Below the pieces are notes generated by a model. That model had not been told where the DNA came from. It ran no database searches and saw only the letters and a list, made by a program, of their open reading frames with translations. Positions 9,371-18,661 of a DNA stretch of 32,000 nt are shown one piece after another. The stretch is from Polynucleobacter sp. JS-Mosq-20-D10 (GTDB lineage Bacteria; Pseudomonadota; Gammaproteobacteria; Burkholderiales; Burkholderiaceae). Location: the NCBI RefSeq assembly GCF_018687755.1, contig NZ_CP061305.1, positions 1,539,551 to 1,571,550 of the forward strand, in the 5' to 3' direction. The position numbers were made by a program, and so were the translations under genes. Numbering within the stretch: the stretch's first letter is position 1; each line of letters begins with the position of its first letter.

Positions 9371-10117
9371 TTACAGTGTTCGAAGAAATTGCTCATCTTC
9401 TTTACTTAGCAACCCATTGGCTCTTGCCGATTTAATTAAATCAGGTCTAAGCCTTAGCGTCAGCTCTAAAGACTTCTGCCGACGCCAATCCGCTATTTTA
9501 GCGTGATGTCCGCCCAAAAGCACGTCTGGAACAGATAAATTTTCATATATTTCAGGGCGGGTGTAGTGCGGATAGTCCAAAAGACCATTCACAAAGCTAT
9601 CTTGGATAGCAGATTCACCATCCCCCAGAGCCCCTGGAATGAGGCGAATGACCGCATCCATGATGGTCATAGCGGGTAATTCCCCGCCAGAAACCACAAA
9701 ATCACCCATTGAAAGCTGTAAATCGACATTTCGATCAATAAAACGCTGGTCAACAGCCTCATATCGACCACAAATAAAAGTTAAATTGCCATAGCCCAGA
9801 ATGTCTGTGGCCATCTTCTGAGAAAAGACCTCCCCTTGAGGGGCGAGGAGACAAATTGGACCAGAAACGACGTTTTGAGACTGATGAGCCGCCTTAACAG
9901 CAGATATTGTGTCTTCCAGCGGTTTTGCCATCATGACCATGCCGGGGCCACCACCATACGCCCGATCATCTACAGTCTTGCGGGGGTCGGAGCAATAATC
10001 CCGAGGATTCCAGAGCTTGACGCTGGCAAGAGCTTGCTCACAAGCACGCCCAGTAATACCCCACTGCGTTAAAGCGGAGAACATCTCAGGGAATAAGGTG
10101 ACTACATCAAAGCGCAT
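9371..10117 (-). CDS. trmD: tRNA (guanine37-N1)-methyltransferase
   Basis: MRFDVVTLFPEMF..., CGRYEAVDQR, and HYTRP with the conserved C-terminal region. The ORF-track start at 10129 is TTG. The ATG at 10117 gives the canonical N-terminus. Confidence 0.92.
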   Translation of the reverse strand: MRFDVVTLFPEMFSALTQWGITGRACEQALASVKLWNPRDYCSDPRKTVDDRAYGGGPGMVMMAKPLEDTISAVKAAHQSQNVVSGPICLLAPQGEVFSQKMATDILGYGNLTFICGRYEAVDQRFIDRNVDLQLSMGDFVVSGGELPAMTIMDAVIRLIPGALGDGESAIQDSFVNGLLDYPHYTRPEIYENLSVPDVLLGGHHAKIADWRRQKSLELTLRLRPDLIKSARANGLLSKEDEQFLRTL

Positions 10118-10141
10118 ATTGGAGATCAATGACTTTTCTAA

Positions 10142-10705
10142 TTACCAGTCGGGTTGCCAGTCTAGGGTAATCAGCCTATTGGGCAAGTCAACATTTTGCA
10201 CCGCTTCTTTTACAAAAGGCACTAATTGTTTTACTGTTTTGGTTTGCGCATCGCCAAGAGCAATGATTCCATGAGCGCCGTTATCGTTGACATCAACCAC
10301 CTCACCAAGACTTTCGCCCTGAAGGTTGATAGCCTTACAACCGATTAGGTCAACCCAGTAATAACTATCGCTATCCGTCTTGGGAAATACCTCACGCGTA
10401 ACTAAAATGCGAGCACCTTTTAAGGCCTCAGCCTGATCGCGATCGGAAATACCATCCAAGGCAATCACTACGGTACCGCTATGCATCTTGGATTGCTTTA
10501 CCTTATACAAAGTCAATGAAGCCTGCTCATGAGATACAGCAACGCCAGCACTACGACGAGGAATGAGAGATAACCAAAGTTCTTTGCTAGATAAGAGAGC
10601 TACTGGATCGGAAGAGTGAGGGCGAACCTTAATCTGACCCTGTAAGCCTTGAGCGTCTTGGACTGCACCGAGCTCAATCAAATCATTTAGGGAAGGTGTA
10701 TTCAT
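10142..10705 (-). CDS. rimM: 16S rRNA processing protein RimM
   Basis: Its position between rpsP and trmD, its size (187 aa), and an IKVRP...YYWVDLIGC-type RimM/PRC-barrel sequence. Confidence 0.88.
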   Translation of the reverse strand: MNTPSLNDLIELGAVQDAQGLQGQIKVRPHSSDPVALLSSKELWLSLIPRRSAGVAVSHEQASLTLYKVKQSKMHSGTVVIALDGISDRDQAEALKGARILVTREVFPKTDSDSYYWVDLIGCKAINLQGESLGEVVDVNDNGAHGIIALGDAQTKTVKQLVPFVKEAVQNVDLPNRLITLDWQPDW

Positions 10706-10754
10706 ATTGAAGCCACCTCAATCCCCCAAATAACACTACCAGTAAATTCTGCTA

Positions 10755-10787
10755 CCAAAGACCTCATCGAGAAGAGAAAGTCTTTGG
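10755..10787 (-). promoter_or_regulatory. Intercistronic stem-loop between rpsP and rimM (no U-tract)
   Basis: Perfect 8-bp inverted repeat CCAAAGAC / GTCTTTGG with a 17-nt loop, starting 12 nt after the rpsP stop and ending 50 nt before the rimM ATG. Confidence 0.4.
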
Positions 10788-10798
10788 ATTTGAAGGCT

Positions 10799-11044
10799 TT
10801 AAACCGCAGGATTGTTTTTGATCAAACGAACTACAGTTGGAGAGATCTGCGCGCCAACACCAGTCCAATAGGTCAGACGATCTTGAGCAATACGCATTGC
10901 TTGCTCAGTCTCTGCTGCCTGTGGATTGAAGTAACCAATACGCTCGATAAAGTTCGAGTCGCGACGATTGCGCTTGTCAGTAGCCACGATGCTATAAAAA
11001 GGGCGCTTCTTTGAACCGCCGCGTGCCAGTCGAATGACGACCAT
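10799..11044 (-). CDS. rpsP: 30S ribosomal protein S16
   Basis: [23 protein letters not shown]...IGYFNP is canonical S16. Confidence 0.95.
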   Translation of the reverse strand: MVVIRLARGGSKKRPFYSIVATDKRNRRDSNFIERIGYFNPQAAETEQAMRIAQDRLTYWTGVGAQISPTVVRLIKNNPAV

Positions 11045-11201
11045 ACTTATTCCTTAAAATCTAAAATGAAAATAGGTTGATTACAACCCAATGAAATTAC
11101 TACAAAATCTTGGGCTCCAACTAAAGCGCAAATTAACAAAACAAATGCACGGTATAGCGGAAAACCTCATATTCTAGACGAAAACCCCTACTTGATCCAC
11201 C

Positions 11202-11230
11202 TATTTAAGCGGACGCCTCCTTAGCTTCAA
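11202..11230 (-). promoter_or_regulatory. Candidate sigma70-type promoter for the rpsP operon
   Basis: The minus strand reads TTGAAG, a 17-nt spacer, then TAAATA, inside a 252-nt AT-rich divergent intergenic region. This would give a leader of about 150 nt. It rests on pattern match only. Confidence 0.25.
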
Positions 11231-11296
11231 CAGTAGAATAGAATTCAACAATTCATAAAATAATTATTAAAAACAATAAGTTACAAAAATATTGCC

Positions 11297-11821
11297 ATGA
11301 GAATAGCCACTTTTAGACCCTCCACAGGCCCTGTAGAGCGCTTTTTTCTCACTCTTTCTTGCCTCGGTTTAGGTTTTTTAACGGCCTGCGCCAATGTCAT
11401 TCCACCCTGTACCGCTAAAACCAGCCCTCCGAGTAGTGAGTTTCGCAACACTAAATGGGAGCTCGTTCGCTGGAATCTAGCACCCAATAGCAAAGGTGAA
11501 GTCCGCCCCCGACAAATTCCCCAGGGTGACAATAGCAACCCCATCCAAATCATTTTTGATGCCAATGGTGAGCGCTTGAGCGGATCAACTGGCTGCAATC
11601 GCTTTACTGCACGCATTACCGAAGATGCCAGAGGCTTTACGCTAGATCAAATCGCTAGTACAAAGATGGTCTGTGCACCCCAGCGTATGGAATTGGAAAA
11701 TGATTTCCTTTATGAATTAAATGATTACCGCTCGATTGTGCGTAACGGCGACCAACTGCTGATGATTGGTGCGGATCGAGAAGTCTTAAGTTTTATGCAA
11801 AAAAGTAATTCATCGAAATAA
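11297..11821 (+). CDS. META-domain (HslJ-like) lipoprotein
   Basis: Lipobox LTAC after a hydrophobic stretch (FFLTLSCLGLGFLTAC). META-domain signatures are present: TKWELVRW and GSTGCNRFTARI. No obvious SD. Confidence 0.7.
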   Translation: MRIATFRPSTGPVERFFLTLSCLGLGFLTACANVIPPCTAKTSPPSSEFRNTKWELVRWNLAPNSKGEVRPRQIPQGDNSNPIQIIFDANGERLSGSTGCNRFTARITEDARGFTLDQIASTKMVCAPQRMELENDFLYELNDYRSIVRNGDQLLMIGADREVLSFMQKSNSSK

Positions 11822-11863
11822 AAAATAGTTCACCATTGCAATAGCTTATTACTGAAAGTCTGA

Positions 11864-12310
11864 ATGAAAAAATACAAACTCCTATTCTGCTCACTTGGAT
11901 TATTTTTTCCCGGAACTGGCCTGAACTGTTTTTATTTACAAGGATTGAAATCCTTCTGGGGCTGGGCACAACTACTTTCTTTTATCGGCGGAATTGCTGG
12001 ATGGCTAATTCTGAAGGAAGCACATTTCCACTCTGCACCGGGTTGGGTACTCATCACCTTCGGTTTCATCACCTTTGAAGCCAGCTGGTTAACTACCATC
12101 ACTTATGGCTTACGCGCTGATGAAAAGTGGGATGCCCAATTCAATCCAGGTCTAGAACCTAGCAGAGCAACTCAGTCTGGTTGGCCGGTTGTGCTGACTG
12201 TGATTTTTTCTTTAGTCTTTGGTGCCGGCGTGATGATGACCTTCTTGGCAATTGCATTTGAACAATTTTTCATCTCCCAACTTCAAGAAGCAAGAAAGCT
12301 ATCCCAGTAA
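11864..12310 (+). CDS. Small multipass membrane protein, TM2-domain-like N-terminus (function unknown)
   Basis: 148 aa with 3-4 hydrophobic helices. LGLFFPGTGLNCFYLQG loosely matches the TM2-domain G-x-H-R-F-Y-x-G pattern. The family call is tentative. Confidence 0.55.
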   Translation: MKKYKLLFCSLGLFFPGTGLNCFYLQGLKSFWGWAQLLSFIGGIAGWLILKEAHFHSAPGWVLITFGFITFEASWLTTITYGLRADEKWDAQFNPGLEPSRATQSGWPVVLTVIFSLVFGAGVMMTFLAIAFEQFFISQLQEARKLSQ

Positions 12311-12365
12311 TGCGGATAGCTTTTTAATGGGCAACTTTTAATAGGCAGCAACAGTGATTGAAATC

Positions 12366-14153
12366 TTAAAACTGCTCTGCTGTCAGCGCATTAGTGGAGT
12401 GACCGCTTTCTAAGATCGAGGTTGCAAGAGCTTGAGATTGTGGCAATAGATTTTCTGCAAAAAAGCGTGCTGTCGTAATCTTGGCGTCATAGAAATTCGG
12501 GTCTCCTGCACGCAACTCTTGTGCAGCTAGTAAAGCACGTGCCATTTGCCATGCCCCCAATACCAGGCCACATAAACGTAGGTATGCAAAACTACCTGCA
12601 TACACTGCCTTGATATCTATTTTTGCATTCGCCAAAATGTAAGCTACTGAAGCTTCAAACGCTTCACGCGCTGGAGTTAACTGCTTCAATACCGCTTTTG
12701 CATCTGCAGTGCCGCTGCTTGCTAAATCTTTTTCAGTTTGCTGGATTCTGTCCGAGAATAGCTTTGCAGTTGCACCACCATCACGTACCGTCTTTCTACC
12801 AATCAAATCATTTGCTTGAATAGCTGTAGTGCCTTCATAGATGGTCAGGATACGAGCATCACGATAATGTTGTGCTGCACCAGTCTCCTCAATAAAGCCC
12901 ATACCACCGTGAACTTGAACGCCCAAACTCGCAACATCAATCGACATCTCAGTCGAAAAGCCTTTCACAATCGGTACCAAGAATTCATATACCGCTTGAT
13001 TCTGCTTGCGAGCTATTTCATCAGGGGATGCATGTTGCGCATCATAAGCAGCTGCCGCGTAATACGCTAAGGCTCTAGATGCCTCAATATAGCCGCGCAT
13101 AGTCATCAACATCCGCTTCACGTCAGGCTGATGAATAATTGCTACAGGGCCTGGGGAGCCAGCTAGATCACGACTCTGAACTCGGTCTTTAGCGTATTGC
13201 ACTGCTTTTTGATATGCTCGCTCTGCAACTGCAATACCCTGCATACCGACCGCAAAGCGGGCAGCATTCATCATCACGAACATGTATTCCAGGCCACGAT
13301 TTTCTTCGCCCACCAAGTAGCCGGTTGCACCACCGTGATCGCCAAACTGTAAGACTGCAGTTGGGCTGGCCTTAATGCCCAGCTTGTGCTCAATCGAAAC
13401 GCAGTGTACATCATTACGCTCACCAAGCAAACCATCTGCGTTTACCAAACACTTCGGAACTACAAACAAGGAAATACCCTTCACGCCCTCTGGTGCATCT
13501 GGTGTTCTAGCTAGTACGAGATGGACAATATTTTTTGCCATATCGTGCTCACCATAGGTGATGTAGATCTTGGTCCCAAAAATTTTATATATGCCATCGG
13601 CTTCAGGTACAGCGCGAGAACGCACCATCGATAGGTCGGAGCCTGCCTGAGGCTCTGTGAGGCACATGGAACCAGTCCATTCCCCAGAAATCATCTTGGG
13701 CACATAGCGCTCTTGCAACTCAGGGCTTGCTGCAGTCAATAAAGCCTCAATCGCACCATCAGTCAGCATGGGGCATAAAGCAAAAGACAAGCTAGCCGAG
13801 TGAACCATCTCAAAGCATGCCGTGGCAATCAGTTTTGGCAAACCTTGACCACCGAACTCTACGGGGTGCACAACACCCTGCCAACCTGCTGCAGCAAATT
13901 GCTCAAAAGCCTCTTTAAAGCCAAGGGTAGTAGTGACTACGCCATTCTTGAGTGAGCTAGGGTTTTGATCGCTAGGCCAGTTGAGAGGCGCTACAACATC
14001 TTGATTAAATTTGGCAGACTCTTCTAGAATCGCCGGGGCTAAATCTACATCAGCGCCCGCCTCAGCATAGGATGGGTAGGCAACAATCTCAGCTAGCCCC
14101 GCTAATTCGTTCATCACAAATAGCATGTCTTTTACTGGGGCTACATACGGCAT
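12366..14153 (-). CDS. Acyl-CoA dehydrogenase, long form of about 600 aa (Pseudomonas FadE1/FadE2-like) with a C-terminal extension domain
   Basis: ACAD motifs are present: LTEPQAGSDL, and IYEGTTAIQANDLIGRK (catalytic-base region). 595 aa. It lies directly downstream of etfBA. Confidence 0.85.
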   Translation of the reverse strand: MPYVAPVKDMLFVMNELAGLAEIVAYPSYAEAGADVDLAPAILEESAKFNQDVVAPLNWPSDQNPSSLKNGVVTTTLGFKEAFEQFAAAGWQGVVHPVEFGGQGLPKLIATACFEMVHSASLSFALCPMLTDGAIEALLTAASPELQERYVPKMISGEWTGSMCLTEPQAGSDLSMVRSRAVPEADGIYKIFGTKIYITYGEHDMAKNIVHLVLARTPDAPEGVKGISLFVVPKCLVNADGLLGERNDVHCVSIEHKLGIKASPTAVLQFGDHGGATGYLVGEENRGLEYMFVMMNAARFAVGMQGIAVAERAYQKAVQYAKDRVQSRDLAGSPGPVAIIHQPDVKRMLMTMRGYIEASRALAYYAAAAYDAQHASPDEIARKQNQAVYEFLVPIVKGFSTEMSIDVASLGVQVHGGMGFIEETGAAQHYRDARILTIYEGTTAIQANDLIGRKTVRDGGATAKLFSDRIQQTEKDLASSGTADAKAVLKQLTPAREAFEASVAYILANAKIDIKAVYAGSFAYLRLCGLVLGAWQMARALLAAQELRAGDPNFYDAKITTARFFAENLLPQSQALATSILESGHSTNALTAEQF

Positions 14154-14206
14154 ACGTACTCCTATAGATCGGGTGTGAAGGCAGTTAAAGAGAGCTCTTA
14201 AATGCC

Positions 14207-15142
14207 TTAAGTAAGTAAGTTAGTTAATTCAGGGACGGCGGTATTAAGGTCTGCAACTAAACCATAATCAGCAACACTAAAGATTGGCGCCTCAGGATCT
14301 TTATTAATCGCCACGATCACTTTAGAGTCCTTCATGCCAGCTAAATGCTGAATCGCGCCAGAGATGCCAACGGCAATATACAACTGCGGTGCAACGATTT
14401 TACCGGTCTGACCTACTTGATAATCGTTTGGAACATAACCTGCATCAACTGCAGCGCGTGAGGCGCCCAGAGCGGCGCCAAGCTTGTCAGCCAAGGGCGC
14501 AATAATTTCTTGATACTTCTCACCAGAACCTAAACCACGACCACCAGACACAATGATTTTGGCGGCAGTAAGTTCAGGACGATCTGACTTAGTGAGTTCA
14601 CGACCAACGAAAGATGATTTACCAGAAACCTCAGTAGCCGCTTGCTTTTCTACTGCAGCGGATCCACCACTTGCGGCAACAGGATCAAAACCGGTTGTGC
14701 GAACCGTAATTACTTTAATTGAGTCAGAAGATTGCACGGTAGCAATCGCATTGCCTGCATAAATTGGACGCTCGAAAGTATCTGCAGAGATCACTTTAGT
14801 AATGTCAGATAACTGAGCCATATCTAACTTAGCGGCAACACGTGGCAAGACATTCTTACCATTGGCAGTTGCTGGCGCCAAAATATGACTATAGCTATTA
14901 GCAATAGATAAAATTTGAGCGGCTAAGGGTTCGGCGAGCTGATCAGCTAACGATGCTGCATCTACCTGAATGACCTTACGTACTCCAGCAATTTGTGCCG
15001 CAGCAGTAGCAGCGGCATCGGTACCACTACCGGCTACCAACACATCCACCTCAGGGGAGCACTGCAAAGCAGCAGCTACCGCATTGAGCGTTGCTGCTTT
15101 TAAGGATTGATTGTCGTGTTCAGCAATAACAAGTGCGGCCAT
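14207..15142 (-). CDS. etfA: Electron transfer flavoprotein alpha subunit
   Basis: FAD-binding signature PQLYIAVGISGAIQHLAGMKDS. The start codon abuts the etfB stop (TAA ATG). Confidence 0.93.
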   Translation of the reverse strand: MAALVIAEHDNQSLKAATLNAVAAALQCSPEVDVLVAGSGTDAAATAAAQIAGVRKVIQVDAASLADQLAEPLAAQILSIANSYSHILAPATANGKNVLPRVAAKLDMAQLSDITKVISADTFERPIYAGNAIATVQSSDSIKVITVRTTGFDPVAASGGSAAVEKQAATEVSGKSSFVGRELTKSDRPELTAAKIIVSGGRGLGSGEKYQEIIAPLADKLGAALGASRAAVDAGYVPNDYQVGQTGKIVAPQLYIAVGISGAIQHLAGMKDSKVIVAINKDPEAPIFSVADYGLVADLNTAVPELTNLLT

Positions 15143-15892
15143 TTAAATCACCTTCGCTTCATTTTTAAGTTTATCTACTAAAGCTGCTACATCAGCCACC
15201 ATCACACCAGCAGAGCGCTTTGGTGGCTCCTCTACTTTGAGAGTTTTGAGACGCGGGGTAATGTCAACACCAAGCTCTTCAGGCTTCAGGATTTCCAAAG
15301 TTTTCTTTTTAGCTTTCATGATGTTTGGCAAAGTCACATAACGTGGCTCATTCAAACGCAAGTCAGTTGTGATGACTGCGGGCAAAGTAATTGCAATTGT
15401 TTCTAAGCCGCCATCCACCTCGCGAGTCACAAGCGCTTTACCATCGGCAACTATTACTTTGGAGGCAAAAGTTGCTTGGGGGATATCCATCAAACTCGCT
15501 AACATCTGACCCGTCTGATTGCTATCATCATCAATTGCCTGTTTACCCAAAATGATGATCTGCGCTTGCTCTTTTTCAGAAAGCGCCTTAAGTATTTTTG
15601 CAATGGCTAAAGGCTGTAATTCAGTATCGGTCTCTACCAAGATGGCACGATCTGCCCCAATCGCTAGGGCAGTACGCAGCGTTTCTTGACATTGAGTGGG
15701 ACCAGCAGAAACCACCACTATCTCAGTAGCAATACCAGCCTCTTTTAATCGAACAGCTTCTTCTACTGCGATCTCATCAAATGGATTCATGCTCATTTTG
15801 ACGTTTGCTAGATCTACGCCAGAGTTATCTGATTTCACCCGAATTTTGACGTTGTAATCAACGACCCGTTTTACTGCCACTAAGATTTTCAT
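15143..15892 (-). CDS. etfB: Electron transfer flavoprotein beta subunit
   Basis: The [20 protein letters not shown]-terminus and [20 protein letters not shown] are canonical ETF-beta. Confidence 0.93.
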   Translation of the reverse strand: MKILVAVKRVVDYNVKIRVKSDNSGVDLANVKMSMNPFDEIAVEEAVRLKEAGIATEIVVVSAGPTQCQETLRTALAIGADRAILVETDTELQPLAIAKILKALSEKEQAQIIILGKQAIDDDSNQTGQMLASLMDIPQATFASKVIVADGKALVTREVDGGLETIAITLPAVITTDLRLNEPRYVTLPNIMKAKKKTLEILKPEELGVDITPRLKTLKVEEPPKRSAGVMVADVAALVDKLKNEAKVI

Positions 15893-15949
15893 GCTTGATC
15901 TCTATTTTTGAGTAACTCTTCTATTCTATCCGCCCAGCGATATCTGGGG

Positions 15950-17602
15950 CTAGACGTCGATTGCTGAAGCAGAGCCCGCCTGCTTGCGAAGTTCAAACTT
16001 CTGGATCTTGCCGGTAGAGGTCTTGGGTAGTTCACAGAACACAATGGCTCTTGGCACCTTAAAACCAGCTAGATGCTGCTTGCAATGGGCAATGATTTCA
16101 GCAGGCGTAACTTGTATTCCCGGCTTAATTTCCAGAAAGGCGCAAGGTGTTTCCCCCCACTTAGGGTCTGGCTTCGCGACTACTGCAGCAGCCATGACAG
16201 CTGGGTGGCGATAAAGAACATCTTCAACTTCCACAGAGGAGATATTTTCGCCACCAGAAATAATAATATCTTTGCTACGGTCCTTCATCTTCACATAGCC
16301 ATCGGGGTTTATCACTGCCAGATCACCCGAATGAAACCAACCACCCTCAAAAGCCTCTTTACTTGCCTTCTCATTTTTAAGGTAGCCCTTCATGGCAATA
16401 TTGCCCTTAAACATAATCTCACCCATCGTTTCGCCATCAGCAGGAACGGGCTCGAGAGTTTCGGGATCAAGAACGGCAATCGCCTGCTGCAGGTGATACC
16501 GAACACCTTGTCGCGCATTGAGGCGAGCCCTCTCACCAATATCAAGGTCATTCCATTCATCTTGCTTGACACATACCGCTGCTGGTCCGTAGGTCTCCGT
16601 TAATCCATAGACATGCGTTAGGTCAAAGCCCAGTTGTTCCATTCCCTCAATGATGGATGCAGGAGGTGCAGCGCCTGCAATTAAGCCTTTTACGCCTACC
16701 GGCACACCCTCCTTTAATTCGTCAGGGGCGTTGACTAGAAGGTTGTGCACAATTGGAGCAGCGCAGTAATGAGTGACACCATGATCTTTAATAGCAGCAA
16801 ATATATGTTGCGCATCCACGCGACGTAGGCAAACATTAATGCCAGCGCGTGCCGCTACCGTCCATGGAAAGCACCAGCCATTGCAATGGAACATCGGGAG
16901 CGTCCAGAGATAGGTGGGATGCTTGCTGATATCCCAGTCCAAAATATTCGAGATAGCGTTGATCGCTGCGCCGCGATGGTGATACACCACCCCCTTTGGA
17001 TTGCCAGTAGTGCCTGAGGTGTAGTTTAAGCAAATGGCTTGCCATTCATCTGCAGGGACTTGCCAAGCGAATTGGGGATCGCCCTCAGATAAGAACTTTT
17101 CATAAGTGAGTTTGCCGAGCTTTTCACCTAAGACATCAAACTCTTTTTCCTCGACATCAATTACCAGAAACTCGCGACCACTTTCTTTCTTAGCTATCTC
17201 AAGGGCTTTTTTCATCACTCCCGAAAACTCGGGATCTACGATCACGACTTTTGCTTCACCATGATTGAGCATAAAAGCAATTGACTCGGGATCAAGGCGG
17301 GTATTTAAGGCATTCAATACTGCCCCAGACATCGGAATTCCGAAATGCGCCTCAACCATCGGCGGCGTATTGGGCAACATGACAGCTACCGTATCACCTA
17401 GGCCAATCCCATGCTTTTGCAAGGCGCTTGCTAAGCGACGGCAACGCTCATAAGTTTGAGCCCAAGTCTGACGAAGCTTGCCATGAATCACCGCCAAGCG
17501 ATCTGGGTAGACTTCAGCAGATCTCTCCAGAAATAATAACGGGGTAATCGGAGTGAAGTTTGCAGGGTTACGTTCTAAACCCTGCTCAAAAATATTAGCC
17601 AT
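15950..17602 (-). CDS. AMP-forming acyl-CoA synthetase (short/medium-chain acid-CoA ligase type)
   Basis: Adenylate-forming motifs are present: YTSGTTGNPKGV (A3), VYGLTETYG (A5), GWFHSGDLA (A7), DRSKDIIISGGENISS (A8) and PKTSTGKIQK (A10). Substrate not assignable. Confidence 0.85.
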   Translation of the reverse strand: MANIFEQGLERNPANFTPITPLLFLERSAEVYPDRLAVIHGKLRQTWAQTYERCRRLASALQKHGIGLGDTVAVMLPNTPPMVEAHFGIPMSGAVLNALNTRLDPESIAFMLNHGEAKVVIVDPEFSGVMKKALEIAKKESGREFLVIDVEEKEFDVLGEKLGKLTYEKFLSEGDPQFAWQVPADEWQAICLNYTSGTTGNPKGVVYHHRGAAINAISNILDWDISKHPTYLWTLPMFHCNGWCFPWTVAARAGINVCLRRVDAQHIFAAIKDHGVTHYCAAPIVHNLLVNAPDELKEGVPVGVKGLIAGAAPPASIIEGMEQLGFDLTHVYGLTETYGPAAVCVKQDEWNDLDIGERARLNARQGVRYHLQQAIAVLDPETLEPVPADGETMGEIMFKGNIAMKGYLKNEKASKEAFEGGWFHSGDLAVINPDGYVKMKDRSKDIIISGGENISSVEVEDVLYRHPAVMAAAVVAKPDPKWGETPCAFLEIKPGIQVTPAEIIAHCKQHLAGFKVPRAIVFCELPKTSTGKIQKFELRKQAGSASAIDV

Positions 17603-17657
17603 ACGTTCCTTGGATATTGATCTTCTTTGTTTCTAGATTTCTGGAATCTGACTTCAA

Positions 17658-18578
17658 TTAAATATCAGCAAGTGCTTTGACGTGCGCCACCACGCTACGA
17701 CCCAAAGCAGAGAGGTTGTAACCACCCTCCAGGCAGCTGACGATACGACCCTGAGCATATTGGTTGGCAACACCTTTTAACTGCTTAGTAATCCAAGCGT
17801 AGTCATCTTCTACCAAACCCATCTGACCCAAGTCATCTTCACGATGAGCATCAAAACCTGCAGAAATGATGATGAGCTCAGGCTCAAAATCCCGTAGACG
17901 TGGCAACCATTGTTCTTCGACAATCGAGCGCACCACATCTCCCCGCGTAGAGGCTGGCAAGGGAACATTCACCATATTGCTTGCTCTGTCTAATCCACTA
18001 TAGGGATAAAACGGATGTTGAAAGAAACTACACATGAGTACATTAGGGTCATTAAAAAATGCTGCTTCAGTCCCATTGCCGTGATGAACGTCAAAATCGA
18101 TGATAGCCACCCGTTCGATGTCATATGTCTCCATCGCATATCGCGCTGCTACGGCAACGTTATCAAAGACACAAAATCCCATTGAGCGGGTTGGCTCAGC
18201 ATGGTGACCCGGGGGGCGAACCGCACAAAACACATTTTCAACTTCACCCTTCATTACCGCATCAACACCCGCAATAGCAGCGCCAGCTGCACGTAACGCA
18301 GCACTCCAAGTATGAGGGTTCATAATGGTGTCACCGTCGAGCATAAAGTAACCGCTCGCTGGTGAACGCTCTTTTACAAACGCAATGTGATCTGGGCTAT
18401 GAACTAACTCTAGTTGCTCTTCAGTTGCCAAGGGGGCATCTAGATGCTGTAGAAAGCGATCGATACCACTCCGAATGAGCTGATCATTAATTGCCTGAAT
18501 ACGCTCCGGGCACTCGGGATGATGGCTACCCATCTCATGTTTTAGAAAATCGGGATGAGTTATGTATCCTGTTGTCAT
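17658..18578 (-). CDS. Zn-dependent histone-deacetylase-family protein (AcuC / class II HDAC-like lysine or polyamine deacetylase)
   Basis: All catalytic signatures are intact: RPPGHHAEP, IIDFDVHHGNGTE, ISAGFDAHREDDLG and LEGGYN. Confidence 0.85.
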   Translation of the reverse strand: MTTGYITHPDFLKHEMGSHHPECPERIQAINDQLIRSGIDRFLQHLDAPLATEEQLELVHSPDHIAFVKERSPASGYFMLDGDTIMNPHTWSAALRAAGAAIAGVDAVMKGEVENVFCAVRPPGHHAEPTRSMGFCVFDNVAVAARYAMETYDIERVAIIDFDVHHGNGTEAAFFNDPNVLMCSFFQHPFYPYSGLDRASNMVNVPLPASTRGDVVRSIVEEQWLPRLRDFEPELIIISAGFDAHREDDLGQMGLVEDDYAWITKQLKGVANQYAQGRIVSCLEGGYNLSALGRSVVAHVKALADI

Positions 18579-18661
18579 TACTAGAAATCCTCAATAGCAA
18601 AACTGTAGTTTTTATAATCTAATTAAACCTGCCAACTTTTCAAAAACCCATCCTCATATCC

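Noticed and set aside
11091-11177. A 28-codon ORF (MKLLQNLGLQLKRKLTKQMHGIAENLIF) on the + strand in the 252-nt rpsP upstream region.
   Set aside because: It has no Shine-Dalgarno, lies in AT-rich promoter DNA where short ORFs arise by chance, and shows nothing recognisable. There is not enough evidence to call a small protein.
15925-15949. A possible hairpin (CCCAG-CGATAT-CTGGG) after the acyl-CoA synthetase stop, as a terminator before etfB.
   Set aside because: It has only a 5-bp stem and no U-tract on the transcribed strand, which is too weak to call.
16073-16603. Long antisense ORFs inside confidently assigned genes. Examples: 16073-16603 (+) in the acyl-CoA synthetase, 22867-23385 (+) in the CHAT gene, 28008-28502 (+) in ugd, 26936-27301 (+) across hldD/hldA, 7780-8088 (+) in the CobD-family gene, 11281-11616 (-) in the META gene, and 1059-1250 / 1915-2148 (+) in the TRAP SBP.
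   Set aside because: All are shadow frames opposite genes with strong family motifs. Their translations are low-complexity or Arg/Ser/Pro-rich with no recognisable motifs, no SD sequences and often non-ATG starts. They are typical of open antisense frames and not of real genes.
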